Below are positions 28,421 to 37,988 of a stretch of DNA of 64,000 bases, piece by piece. The DNA is from Dehalococcoidia bacterium (lineage in GTDB: Bacteria > Chloroflexota > Dehalococcoidia > Lucifugimonadales > GCA-2712585), in assembly GCA_965261665.1 (NCBI GenBank), contig OZ253467.1, positions 2,503,941 through 2,567,940 on the forward strand, read 5' to 3'. Both the position numbers and the translations under genes were made by a program. Within the stretch, counting starts at the first letter, position 1. Each line of letters begins with the position of its first letter. The notes below the pieces were generated by a model that was given only the letters and a program-made list of their open reading frames with translations, was not told the DNA's origin and made no database searches.

Positions 28421-29047
28421 TTGGCTTGGGAGAGCATCAGCTGGTTAGGCTTAGTGGTCGCGGCATACCTCATTGGCTCCTTGCCTACGGCGAGCCTGGC
28501 CACCCGCTGGCTAAAGCGAGAGGACATCCGAACCCTGGGAGACAGGAACGCCGGCGCAGCCAACGTCTATAGAAACCTAGGGCCGCGGGCCGGGCTGACC
28601 GTTGGCGCGGTGGACATCGCCAAAGGCGCCGCAGCGGTCCTGCTGGCAAAATTCGCCGGCGGAGATACGGCGTTGCAGATGACCGCTGGGCTGGCCGCCG
28701 TTATGGGGCACAACTGGCCCTTCTTCCACCAGTTCCGGGGAGGAAGAGGCGCAGCCACCACCCTTGGAGTGTTCATGGGACTCTTGCCTATGCCGGGAAT
28801 TCCCCTATCTTTGGGCGCATTGCTGATTCTGGCCCTTTCCAAGCGGGCTACGGTGGCCCTAACCTTCTTCTTCCTGTCCATGCCCCTGGTAACCTGGCTA
28901 ACGGGCGCGGGCGTCGCTTTTCTCGGCTACGTTATCCTTCTCCCCCTAGTGGTGGCCATAGCCCACTTCACCAGCCAGCGCAAAATCGACAAGCCCCAAG
29001 AGCAGCCGGAGCAGTGCGCCGGAATACCGACGCCGGAGAGTCAGTGA
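28421..29047 (+). CDS. plsY: Glycerol-3-phosphate acyltransferase PlsY
   Basis: 208 aa. ..YLIGSLPTA..GDRNAGAANV..DIAKGA..HNWPFFHQFRGGRGAAT.. are PlsY hallmarks. Confidence 0.85.
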   Translation: MAWESISWLGLVVAAYLIGSLPTASLATRWLKREDIRTLGDRNAGAANVYRNLGPRAGLTVGAVDIAKGAAAVLLAKFAGGDTALQMTAGLAAVMGHNWPFFHQFRGGRGAATTLGVFMGLLPMPGIPLSLGALLILALSKRATVALTFFFLSMPLVTWLTGAGVAFLGYVILLPLVVAIAHFTSQRKIDKPQEQPEQCAGIPTPESQ

Positions 29048-29452
29048 GTGCCATTCGCCGCCGATTACGTGCTGTTCATCTTCCTTGCGTCCCTGGGAGT
29101 GGTGCAGTTAGCGGCTCTGAAGAACAGGCTTAAGGGTCTCTACTTCATCAGGATTCCCCTTCTAAACTTTGTCGCGGCCCTGGCTCTGGTAGTCGGATCG
29201 TTCGTATGGTTTTTCGTCAGCGAGCCTAGAAATCTTCCCGACACGGGAGGAGGCTTGGACGGAAATCAACAGGCCATGTTCTCCGCTGCGGCGGCAGTCG
29301 GCGCGGTGCTGTTCACCCTTGCCGCGACTTCACTGCTGAACGCCGGATTCGGCAGAGGCGAGGATGGACGAGGGACGGGCCTTCAAGCCCTCCGGCGAAC
29401 GAACTACTTCATTGCGCTGCGACGCACTATGGGTAGGTTGTGGAAGGACTGA
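29048..29452 (+). CDS. Hypothetical membrane protein (3-4 TMS)
   Basis: 134-aa hydrophobic ORF with a GTG start abutting the plsY stop. It overlaps the next gene by 13 nt. No motif was recognised. Confidence 0.45.
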   Translation: MPFAADYVLFIFLASLGVVQLAALKNRLKGLYFIRIPLLNFVAALALVVGSFVWFFVSEPRNLPDTGGGLDGNQQAMFSAAAAVGAVLFTLAATSLLNAGFGRGEDGRGTGLQALRRTNYFIALRRTMGRLWKD

Positions 29453-30033
29453 AGAATCTCGACCTGGAAATAGTAACCTGGCTCAACCGGCTGGTCGGCC
29501 GGCACGACTGGATGGACACCATTGGCGAGGCGCTGGTTAGCGACTACCTGATTCCCGTTATGCTGATTTTGGGTCTGATGTGGCTCTGGTTCTCCACCGA
29601 CGAACCGGCATCCTCGGGCCTGCTTGCCAAGAAGACCGTGATAGCGGCCATCCTCGCAATGGCCTTCGCAAACCTCGCCGTTCTGGTACTGAACGAAGTA
29701 TATTTCCGCTCCCGCCCCTTTACGGAGGTGGAGCTAAACTTGCTCTTTTACCGGCCCACGGACTCTTCCTTCCCCTCCAACCCGGCGGCCCTCTCCTTCG
29801 CCCTGGCCTTCAGCGTCCTGCAACGGCAACGCGGCCTGGGGCTTGGGCTCCTAGCCCTCGCCACTATCTGGAGCTTGTCCCGAGTCTTCGCCGGCGTCTT
29901 CTATGTCACCGACGTGGCAGCCGGCGCAGCCATGGGCGTCATCATCGCCTGGGGGTCCGCCCAGCTCTTGCGCTGGCTGGAACCCCTTCCCACCGCCGTG
30001 GTCCGGCTTGTCCGGACGCTGCATCTGGCATGA
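29440..30033 (+). CDS. PAP2-superfamily membrane protein with degenerate catalytic motifs
   Basis: 197 aa. The PAP2 architecture is recognisable, but KX6RP reads NEVYFRSRP, PSGH reads PSNP, and SRX5HX3D reads SRVFAGVFYVTD. Confidence 0.6.
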   Translation: MEGLKNLDLEIVTWLNRLVGRHDWMDTIGEALVSDYLIPVMLILGLMWLWFSTDEPASSGLLAKKTVIAAILAMAFANLAVLVLNEVYFRSRPFTEVELNLLFYRPTDSSFPSNPAALSFALAFSVLQRQRGLGLGLLALATIWSLSRVFAGVFYVTDVAAGAAMGVIIAWGSAQLLRWLEPLPTAVVRLVRTLHLA

Positions 30034-30089
30034 ATCCTAGCCAGCGGGGTATGATGCAATGACTAGCAGTTCGATGAGGAGGCTGGGCA

Positions 30090-32009
30090 ATGGCGCAGAT
30101 TAACGAGTTCCTCGACGAAATACGAGAGGAATCGGAAGCTCTTTCATGGGAAGGGACCTTCCGCGAGTACCTCGAAATGGCCATCGCCAACCCATCTCTG
30201 GCCCGTCTCTCCCACATTCGAATATATGACATGCTGCAATGGGCAGGGGCGGGTTCTTCCGACGAAGAGGCCGTCAACTATCCCATCTTCGACAATCTAT
30301 TCGGCGCTCGGAGGACTATCCAGCGTCTCAATCAGATTTTTCGCGCCGCTTCCCAGATACCGGAGGAGCGACGGCGTATTCTGCTGCTCATGGGTCCGCC
30401 GGGCAGCGGCAAGTCCAGCCTGGTCAACGCCCTGAAGCGAGGGCTGGAGCGGTACTCCCGTACCGACGAGGGCGCGCTCTACGCTATTGCAGGCTGTCCC
30501 ATGCAGGAGGAGCCGATGCACCTGGTGCCCGAACATCGACGGGCCGAACTCAAGGAGGCATACGGGCTGCACGTAGAGGGCGATCTCTGTCCCCGGTGCC
30601 GGGACACCCTTCGCAACGATTATGACGGCGATATCGCCGCCGTGAAGGTCCGTCGGGTGGTATTCGGGGAGTCCGAGGGCGTGGGCATAGGCTCCTTTGT
30701 CGCCACCAGCCCCCAGAGCCAGAACCTGGACCGCCTCATTGGAAGCGTCAACCTCGACAGGTTGGCGGATGATCGGCTGGAGGGCGCGGGACGGGCCTTC
30801 CGAATGGACGGTGAATTGCAGGCGGCCAACCGGGGCATCATGGAGTTCATCCAGATATTCCGCTCCGACGACCGGTTTCTAACGGTGGTGTTGGGAGTAA
30901 CCCAGGAGCAGCTCATCAAGTTGGGCAGCTTCGGGTCGGTCTACGCCGATGAGACCATAATCGCCCACAGCAACGAGGCGGAATACGTCAATTTCGTGTC
31001 CAACAAAGAATCGGAAGCGCTACTGGACAGGCTGATCATGCTAAAGGCTCCCTACACCCTGGAGCGGTCCGAAGAGGTGAAGATCTACCAGAAGCTCCTG
31101 TCCGACGCCCCCTTCACACAGGTCCACGTTTCACCAATGACCCTCCCCGTGGTGGCGTCCCTGGCGGTGCTGTCCAGGCTGGATCTGCCCAAACGGACCG
31201 GACGGGACTATCTGCGGAAACGGATGGAGATGTTCGACGGCCGGGCCTTCCCCAACTTCGCCCGGGGCCGGCAGGATGCTCTCGAGGAAGAGGAAGACTC
31301 AAACGAGGGGATGTTCGGTCTCTCGCCCCGCTTCATCATTAACAGGCTGGCCGACGCCATCTCCCGAGGCCCCACGTGTCTGGGACCGGTGGCGGCCTTG
31401 GAAAACCTGGTGGAGGGATTCGAGGAGCGGGCCGGCGTGGCCGGGGAAGACATACAGCGGCTGCCCGCCCTGCTGCCGGAGGCTATCGAGAGCTACAAGG
31501 AGCTAGCAGTACGCCAGATTCAGAGAGCTGCCACGGACAAGTTCGAGGAGCGCGCCCAGATGGAGGCCGAATCTTATCTAAGGCGCTTGGCGGACCTGTT
31601 TTCCGAAGAAGGCGGTGACGACAGCCACAAGATGCGACAGGACGACCGGGCCCTGCGTCCGCTGGAACGGGCCATCAACGTGCCCGACTCCCGGCGGGAG
31701 GAGTTCCGCCGGAATGTCCTTCAGGCCCACCGACAGTTCGTCACGAAGGGCGTGCTGACCTCCTATAAGGACATTCCGCTTCTCGCCGCGGCCCTGGAGG
31801 AGTTGCTGCTGCCCAGCTTGAAGGACGTGTCGGTAATGCTACGGAATAACAAGAAGCAGCTGCACCTTCGGGAAACCATCAGCCGGCGGTTAATCGACGA
31901 CTACGGTTACTGCACGGAGTGCGCCGACGAGCTAATCGTCTTCGCCTCCGGAGCCCTTCGAGGAAAGATGCCGGTGTCCGTCAAGAACGGCCGGCTGGTG
32001 CGGAAGTAA
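30090..32009 (+). CDS. prkA: PrkA-family AAA+ serine protein kinase
   Basis: 639 aa. It has the N-terminal PrkA pattern ..WEGTFREYLEM.., Walker A ..LLLMGPPGSGKSS.. and ..ANRGIMEFIQIFRSD... Confidence 0.85.
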   Translation: MAQINEFLDEIREESEALSWEGTFREYLEMAIANPSLARLSHIRIYDMLQWAGAGSSDEEAVNYPIFDNLFGARRTIQRLNQIFRAASQIPEERRRILLLMGPPGSGKSSLVNALKRGLERYSRTDEGALYAIAGCPMQEEPMHLVPEHRRAELKEAYGLHVEGDLCPRCRDTLRNDYDGDIAAVKVRRVVFGESEGVGIGSFVATSPQSQNLDRLIGSVNLDRLADDRLEGAGRAFRMDGELQAANRGIMEFIQIFRSDDRFLTVVLGVTQEQLIKLGSFGSVYADETIIAHSNEAEYVNFVSNKESEALLDRLIMLKAPYTLERSEEVKIYQKLLSDAPFTQVHVSPMTLPVVASLAVLSRLDLPKRTGRDYLRKRMEMFDGRAFPNFARGRQDALEEEEDSNEGMFGLSPRFIINRLADAISRGPTCLGPVAALENLVEGFEERAGVAGEDIQRLPALLPEAIESYKELAVRQIQRAATDKFEERAQMEAESYLRRLADLFSEEGGDDSHKMRQDDRALRPLERAINVPDSRREEFRRNVLQAHRQFVTKGVLTSYKDIPLLAAALEELLLPSLKDVSVMLRNNKKQLHLRETISRRLIDDYGYCTECADELIVFASGALRGKMPVSVKNGRLVRK

Positions 32010-32067
32010 CTACACCGCTCTTCTTCCCTTGGCTATAAGCGGATTCTAACCCTAGTTCAGCCTTCGC

Positions 32068-33846
32068 CTATCTCCCCACGGCGTAGGAATCGGCCCGCGG
32101 GTCAGCGGCGCCGATAAGGGTACCGAACTCCTGGTTTACCAGCACGCCGCAGAGTCCGGCGGCCCGGTATCCCCAGTCAGACAGCCACTCAACCTTGTGG
32201 CCCCTTCGTTCAAGCTCTGCCGCCGCTTCCGAAGAAATCCTACCCTCCAGCTCAACCCGCCCCGGCGTGTAGCTGTGGGGCCAGAAGGAATCGGGGTGGC
32301 TCCAACTCGCGGCCCTGGGTTCCTCCACCGCCTGCTGTGGGTCCAAACCAAACTCCACCATGTTGAGGAACATCTGCGCCATCCCCTGGACCTGCATGTC
32401 GCCGCCGGGGGTGCCGAAGGGCATAAACAGGCGGCCGTTCTTGAAAGCCATGGAGGGGTTGGGCGTCAACCGGGGCCGCTTGCCGGGCTCCAGCCGAGAG
32501 GGATGGCCCTCTTCAAGCCAGGTCTGCGTGCCTCGGGAGGAGACTATCATTCCGAGTCCGGGCACCATTGGCGTCGCACCGAAACTATCGCTTGGGGTGG
32601 CTGAGAAGGCGTTGCCCCACTTGTCGACAACGCAGGCGTAGCTGGTGTCCGGCCCTGTTGGGCCTGGGTTCGCCGCCGGTGCCGCCATGGCCGGCCCGCG
32701 GGCTGCTGCGCCCTGGTAGGGCCAGGGGTCTCCCATGGGCGGCATCTCGGGATACGCCCGCGCCATGTCGATAGCGGCCCGCCGTGCGTCGGCATAGCCC
32801 TTGGAAAGTATTCCCTCCATGGGAACGTCCACAAAGTCCGGGTCGCCGTAGAAATAGTGCCTGTCGGAGAATGCCAGCTTGATGGACTCCAACAGCGTGT
32901 GAAGGTATTCGGGAGAGTTGTGGCCCATGGCCTGCAGGTCGAACCCCTCCATCAGGTTTAGCACGCCGATGAGGCTCGGCCCCTGGCACCACGGCCCGCA
33001 GGTATAGAGAGTATAGTCTCCGTAGCTGCCCGTCTCAGGCTTCTCCACGGCCACGGAGAAGTCTGCGAAGTCCTCCATGGTCATCAGTCCGCCCTCCTGC
33101 TGTGAGAAGGCGACCATCTTTTCCGCGATTTCGCCCTTGTAGAAGAAGTCGCGGGCCGCTCGAAGTCCCCCCTCACGCCCACCGCTGACGCTGGCCCTTT
33201 CGACTTCTATCATCTGCTTGAAGACGTTGGCCAGGTCCTTCTGGACGAAGGGCTGGGTGGTCTTGATGGGCGTCCCGTTGGGGGCGAAAATCTGAGCGTC
33301 GTAGGGCCACCGCTCCAGTACGCCCGGACGATGGGCGGCGGCGCTGAGGCGCGGCGCGACGGGAAAGCCCTCTTCCGCCAGTCGAACGGACGGGCCTACT
33401 ACCTGCTCGAAGGTCATGGTCCCGAATTGCTCCAGCGCGGTAAGCCAGGCGTCACAGGCGGCGGGAACGACGCATCGGGCCATACCCAAGGGAATCTCGC
33501 CGTAAGTCTCGATGAAATGGTCCGCCGTGGCCGCCTTGGGCCAGCGCCCCAAACCGCTGATGGAAACTACCTCGTTGGTTTCCGCCATGTACACCAGTAT
33601 GGGGGCCACGCCCGCAAAGCTGGTGAAGTGAGGCTGGGTTACGTTTATGGCGATTCCCGCGGCAACCCCCGCGTCGACGGCGTTGCCTCCCTCTTCCAGA
33701 ATCTGATAGCCGGCCAGGGTAGCGTAGTAGTTCCCCGAAGATATAACGTGGCTGAGGCCCATGGCGGGCGGTCTGTAGGAGTTCATTCCATTGGGCGGCA
33801 TGGTGCGCCTCCTCTGCGTCGGATAGGCTGAGGATAGGGTCGGCAA
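32068..33846 (-). CDS. ggt: Gamma-glutamyltransferase
   Basis: 592 aa. The autoprocessing/nucleophile region ..GPDTSYACVVDKWGNAFSATPS.. and ..GTPGGDMQ.. are present. The start is uncertain, as several in-frame Met codons are available. Confidence 0.85.
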   Translation of the reverse strand: MPTLSSAYPTQRRRTMPPNGMNSYRPPAMGLSHVISSGNYYATLAGYQILEEGGNAVDAGVAAGIAINVTQPHFTSFAGVAPILVYMAETNEVVSISGLGRWPKAATADHFIETYGEIPLGMARCVVPAACDAWLTALEQFGTMTFEQVVGPSVRLAEEGFPVAPRLSAAAHRPGVLERWPYDAQIFAPNGTPIKTTQPFVQKDLANVFKQMIEVERASVSGGREGGLRAARDFFYKGEIAEKMVAFSQQEGGLMTMEDFADFSVAVEKPETGSYGDYTLYTCGPWCQGPSLIGVLNLMEGFDLQAMGHNSPEYLHTLLESIKLAFSDRHYFYGDPDFVDVPMEGILSKGYADARRAAIDMARAYPEMPPMGDPWPYQGAAARGPAMAAPAANPGPTGPDTSYACVVDKWGNAFSATPSDSFGATPMVPGLGMIVSSRGTQTWLEEGHPSRLEPGKRPRLTPNPSMAFKNGRLFMPFGTPGGDMQVQGMAQMFLNMVEFGLDPQQAVEEPRAASWSHPDSFWPHSYTPGRVELEGRISSEAAAELERRGHKVEWLSDWGYRAAGLCGVLVNQEFGTLIGAADPRADSYAVGR

Positions 33847-33868
33847 TGAAAACTGTCAAATTCGGCCC

Positions 33869-34681
33869 TTAACCGGCAGGATGGTCAAGGATGCCGATTA
33901 AGCATTCAAGAAACCGCCCCACCTCCGAATGGTCCTTTACGGAATAGCGGGCAGCGGTCTTCCTCGGACGGCTCGCCACCAGAATGCCCACGTCACGGTC
34001 GCCCAGGACGGAAAAGGCGTCCTCGTCGGTTGTGTCGTCACCCAGATAGAAGGATACGGAACTATCGGAGTGCAATCCCAACTGTTCTCGAATCCACAGG
34101 ACAGCCTTGCCCTTATCCCAGAACACCTTTGGGCGAATGTCCCAGATCATCTTGCCGCTGACCTTCCTAAGGTTGGCGTAACTCTGCAACTCGTGGTCTA
34201 CGATAGCTTCTACCATGGGAACTTGCGCCGGATGAACAAGGCGATAGTGCGCGGCAACGGTGTAGGTGTTCAACTCCACCAGCGCCCCCGGAATGGCCGA
34301 AAGGGCCTCAGAAAGCTTCCAGTGAATCGTCTCCATAACCTCCCGGAATTCCCGCCCAACATCAAGGCGAAGACAGGTCCCCGGCTGGCCTGCTATATCC
34401 ATGCCATGACTGCCGGCGTAGATGACGTTTTCCAGCCCAAGAAAATCCCAGAGGGTCGCCCGGGAGCGACCGCTGACTATGGCCACAGGACACAAGTCCG
34501 CCAGTGAACTGACGAGGGCTTTCATCTCCGGTGCAATTTGGGCAAGCTCCGGTCGCGAAACGATGGGCGTGAGCGTGCCGTCGTAGTCGAGGAAGACCAT
34601 AGCAGTCCGCCCCACCAGCCGACGCTTGAATTTCCCCATTTGCTCAAGAGCAGATGGCAGTGGAGTTGGCAACTCATTCAT
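33869..34681 (-). CDS. otsB: Trehalose-6-phosphate phosphatase (HAD family)
   Basis: ..MVFLDYDGTLTPIV.. and ..YLGDDTTDEDAF.. are HAD/OtsB motifs. The start was set at ATG 34681, which overlaps the MFS stop as ATGA. Confidence 0.8.
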   Translation of the reverse strand: MNELPTPLPSALEQMGKFKRRLVGRTAMVFLDYDGTLTPIVSRPELAQIAPEMKALVSSLADLCPVAIVSGRSRATLWDFLGLENVIYAGSHGMDIAGQPGTCLRLDVGREFREVMETIHWKLSEALSAIPGALVELNTYTVAAHYRLVHPAQVPMVEAIVDHELQSYANLRKVSGKMIWDIRPKVFWDKGKAVLWIREQLGLHSDSSVSFYLGDDTTDEDAFSVLGDRDVGILVASRPRKTAARYSVKDHSEVGRFLECLIGILDHPAG

Positions 34682-35991
34682 GCCTTCACTCCCCTCTGTT
34701 CCGAAGGTTGGCGAAGGAAGCAAACCGAATGAGTCGCCAGGGCGGTCAACAGGAAACCGGCGCCAGCGATGTACACCACGGTGAGGGACACTGAGTCAAG
34801 GGCGGCGTAGGCCAGTAGAGGTCCCAAGGCGTGGCCCATGTCCTGCCAGGTGGCGAAGCGGCTCATAACCTGGGGCCTGCGGTCGACCGGCGCCATTCCA
34901 CCCACCACGGCGCTCAAGGAGGTGACGGAGGCCGTCACGGCGAGAAAGGCCAGTGGCAACCATACGAAAGTCAGCCAGATGGGAGTGTTCAACCCGAGTA
35001 AGAGCAATGCAGCTATACAGATGGGTATGGCCATGACGGGTATCCGGTCGTGGCCCAAGCGGTCACCCAGGTGACCCAGGTAGGGAGCCGTCACGTCGGA
35101 GATCCAGCGAGAGGCCAAGAGTAGTCCGTTTAGGGTAGCTATACCCAGAACGAGGCCGGCAACGGTGACTTCATCTCCCACCCGCTCCCTCAGATAGAAG
35201 CCCAGGGTGGAAACCAGGATACCGCTCATAACCAGGTAGAAGGAGAATGTGGTGAAGTTCGCCGCCAGCAACTTGTAACGATTGCCAGCCCCCATCCCGG
35301 GCATAGGGGGCGCGAGAAAGTCCTGGAACGTTCGCCACAAGCTCCTGGGATGCGGTGGCTCTTTGGACTGAGGAGCATCTCCCTGGATGCTAGTGACAGC
35401 GACGATGCCAGGACTAGACCTGCGAATCAAGTCCAGGAAAGCCGGTATACCCAAGAGACCGATGGCCGCGATGATGAGAAAGCTTGTGGACCGGCCCAGC
35501 GCGTCGAACAAGATCCCGCCCAGCAGAACGCCCACCAGGCTGCCAATCCGCATTCCCCCGCTGAAAACTCCCATCATACGACCTCTCCTCCCGTCCTGGC
35601 CCTCCTCCAACACCACCAGGAATCCGGTCAGCCGGAGTATGGAGAAACAGACGCCCCAGAGAACTCGCGCCAAAAGAAGGAGGGCAAACCCCTTCGCCAG
35701 ACCAAGAAGTATGGTGGTGCCCATGGCCACTATCATACTCGCCAGAACAGGTCGTGAAGCGCCGTACCGTTGCACCAAGTAGGCGGCCATGGGGTTGGAT
35801 GCCAGTCGAACGAACCGGTTGGCGCTGAGAAGGACTCCCACCAGTCCCACCGCCACACCAAAGGCACTGACGTTGGAGGGAAGGACGTTATAGATCATAG
35901 CGTCGCCCATGCCAACAGTGGCGAGTATACAAGTTACCATCAGGACTCGTCGCGGGGCGAGTCTATCCACTGTGTCCAGGCCTATTTTCAT
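34678..35991 (-). CDS. MFS transporter (12 TMS)
   Basis: 437-aa polytopic ORF. The loop ..GQDGRRGRMMG.. resembles the MFS 2-3/8-9 loop motifs. Confidence 0.75.
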   Translation of the reverse strand: MKIGLDTVDRLAPRRVLMVTCILATVGMGDAMIYNVLPSNVSAFGVAVGLVGVLLSANRFVRLASNPMAAYLVQRYGASRPVLASMIVAMGTTILLGLAKGFALLLLARVLWGVCFSILRLTGFLVVLEEGQDGRRGRMMGVFSGGMRIGSLVGVLLGGILFDALGRSTSFLIIAAIGLLGIPAFLDLIRRSSPGIVAVTSIQGDAPQSKEPPHPRSLWRTFQDFLAPPMPGMGAGNRYKLLAANFTTFSFYLVMSGILVSTLGFYLRERVGDEVTVAGLVLGIATLNGLLLASRWISDVTAPYLGHLGDRLGHDRIPVMAIPICIAALLLLGLNTPIWLTFVWLPLAFLAVTASVTSLSAVVGGMAPVDRRPQVMSRFATWQDMGHALGPLLAYAALDSVSLTVVYIAGAGFLLTALATHSVCFLRQPSEQRGVKA

Positions 35992-36047
35992 CTGGAGGCC
36001 AGCGTAAGACGCGGGTTATCAAGACGAACGTGGGCGAGGGGAGCTTC

Positions 36048-37268
36048 TTAAGCGCCGTCACCCGCGGATGCTACCTCAGCGGCAACTGGCGGCGTCCAGC
36101 CCCAGGAATGGGGCGGCTCGCCGGGATAGATTGCCTGGCCGCCCTTAATCGTAACTACCGGAACCAGCGCCTCGGTTCCCACCCGGCTCTTTCCCGTTGC
36201 GTCAGTCAGCAGCCACCGCCCCTTCACCACGTCAAGCACCGAAATGTCCGCAGTCCGTCCCTCCTGCAGACTCCCTGCCTTGTCTTGAATGCCGAGATAG
36301 GCGGCGGGGGTGGAAGTAGTCATCCGCACCACGTCCACAACCGAAAAGCCCATCGCCAGAAAATAGGACGCGTACTCCAGCAGCCCGCGTTCCGAAAGCT
36401 TGCGCATCCCGTCACCGGCGTGAATCTCTATGTCCGTGGCGATGGTATCCGGCCGCAGGCCCTGGGCCAGCACCGTGTCGGCACGGTCCCAACCAAAGTT
36501 GAAGTCGCCGTAGGAAGTGTCGATGAACACGCCTCGGTCTTGGGCATCCACGAGGGCCGAAAGGAGCTGCCCATCTTCATCCAACGCGGCGCCGGTGAGT
36601 GGAGTGAACACGTGGGTCACCAGATCGCCCGCGTCCAGCATCGCCAAAGCCTCGGCGGTAACGTCGGATGGCGTGGGCGTCTGACTCCTGGGCCCAATGT
36701 CTCCAATATGCATCATTAGCCGTACGCCCCCTTCCCTCGCGGCCCGCTTGGAGGCTTCCACATGCTTGAGGCCCAGGTTCTGGACAGTTCTGGGAGCCAC
36801 GATTACCTTCACGCCCTTGACCAGGTCCGGGTTGTTTCGGGCTATCTCCACCACGCCGTCCACGTCCATCTGCTCTTCCGAGGGAGGCGCGCCGAGGCTG
36901 CGCTCCCGAAAGACGCTCAGGAAGGAGTAGACTGTGGTTTGGGCTTTGGGAAGGACGTAATCACAGAAGTCCTCAAAGTCGGCGGAACCGGGCCCGCCCG
37001 CGTCGGCGATTGTCGTAACGCCCGAGCGAACGCCGGCCACGTCGGGGTGATTCCAGTTGCGCCCGGGGTGGTACACGTGGGTATGAACGTCCACAAGTCC
37101 AGGGGCGACAATCTTGCCGGAAACATCCAGGACTTCCCGTGATTCCGATGGCGGAATGGCCTGCGCCATTCGCGCAATCCGACCGCCCTCGACGGCTACG
37201 TCCATCGTTTCGTCTATCCCGCGGAAGGCGTCGATTACGCGCCCTCCCTTTAGCAGCAAGTCATACAT
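36048..37268 (-). CDS. Metal-dependent amidohydrolase (dihydroorotase/deacetylase-like)
   Basis: 406 aa. MYDLLLKGGRVIDA.. and ..GLVDVHTHVY.. (HxH metal site) are typical of amidohydrolase_1-type enzymes. Confidence 0.75.
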   Translation of the reverse strand: MYDLLLKGGRVIDAFRGIDETMDVAVEGGRIARMAQAIPPSESREVLDVSGKIVAPGLVDVHTHVYHPGRNWNHPDVAGVRSGVTTIADAGGPGSADFEDFCDYVLPKAQTTVYSFLSVFRERSLGAPPSEEQMDVDGVVEIARNNPDLVKGVKVIVAPRTVQNLGLKHVEASKRAAREGGVRLMMHIGDIGPRSQTPTPSDVTAEALAMLDAGDLVTHVFTPLTGAALDEDGQLLSALVDAQDRGVFIDTSYGDFNFGWDRADTVLAQGLRPDTIATDIEIHAGDGMRKLSERGLLEYASYFLAMGFSVVDVVRMTTSTPAAYLGIQDKAGSLQEGRTADISVLDVVKGRWLLTDATGKSRVGTEALVPVVTIKGGQAIYPGEPPHSWGWTPPVAAEVASAGDGA

Positions 37269-37355
37269 GGCGCACCTCCTTCGAGTTGAAGCGAGTATAG
37301 CACGGGCCTTTCGAGTGTCAAAGGGTTGGAGTTGGGACGCTGTACCATGTAAGTA

Positions 37356-37386
37356 TTGACAAATTGCACACTTGTACGTCTATAAT
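37356..37386 (+). promoter_or_regulatory. Putative promoter of the Fur-family gene
   Basis: Perfect TTGACA (37356-37361) and perfect TATAAT (37381-37386), but with a long 19-nt spacer. It lies about 40 nt upstream of ATG 37424. Confidence 0.35.
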
Positions 37387-37423
37387 CAAAGTAATCTTCA
37401 TAGATAGGAACGATATTCTACGA

Positions 37424-37882
37424 ATGGCTAATGTAAAGTCTGAGCCAGCGCCCCGCCCCTCGCCCTCGGAACTGCTGACCATATTGGAAGACCACGGATA
37501 TCGCCCCACCAACCAACGGAGGGACGTTGTCAGCCTCCTGGAATCCAAGGAGGTGGGCTTCACCGTTGAGGAGTTGACGGAAGAATTGATAGAGGTCGGC
37601 CGAGCTACGGTTTACCGCACCATCAAACTGCTTCTGGACGCCGGGGTGCTCTGCAAGGTGAGCCTGGCCGACGGTACGCCCAAGTACATTGTGGCGCGTC
37701 GGGAGCACCACCACCATACCGTTTGCGTGAAGTGCGACACGGTAGGGGAGTTTCGAAGCAGTACCGTCGAGCGGGTTCTGCGAACTATCGGGGCCGATAT
37801 TCCCGGCAGGATAGTAGGGCACCGCATGGAGATTTTTCTAATCTGCGATAGCTGCTCGGACACGGTTCCCTATTTTCGATAG
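37424..37882 (+). CDS. fur: Fur-family metalloregulator (Fur/Zur/PerR type)
   Basis: It has the winged-helix part ..TNQRRDVVSLL...FTVEEL..ATVYRT.., the metal site ..HHHHTVCVKCD.. and a C-terminal ..CDSC... The start was set at ATG 37424. Confidence 0.8.
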   Translation: MANVKSEPAPRPSPSELLTILEDHGYRPTNQRRDVVSLLESKEVGFTVEELTEELIEVGRATVYRTIKLLLDAGVLCKVSLADGTPKYIVARREHHHHTVCVKCDTVGEFRSSTVERVLRTIGADIPGRIVGHRMEIFLICDSCSDTVPYFR

Positions 37883-37988
37883 CTGAACCCAGAGCAACCA
37901 CCAGAATTGTCCCCCGCCTTCACGGTCGCTGCATACCCATAACCGCCCCTATAACCCACGGCCGGTCATTTCTGACCGACCCCGTGCC

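Noticed and set aside
36030-36719. 229-aa plus-strand ORF
   Set aside because: It is antisense to the amidohydrolase gene 36048-37268, which has the HxH metal motif. No motifs were found in this ORF.
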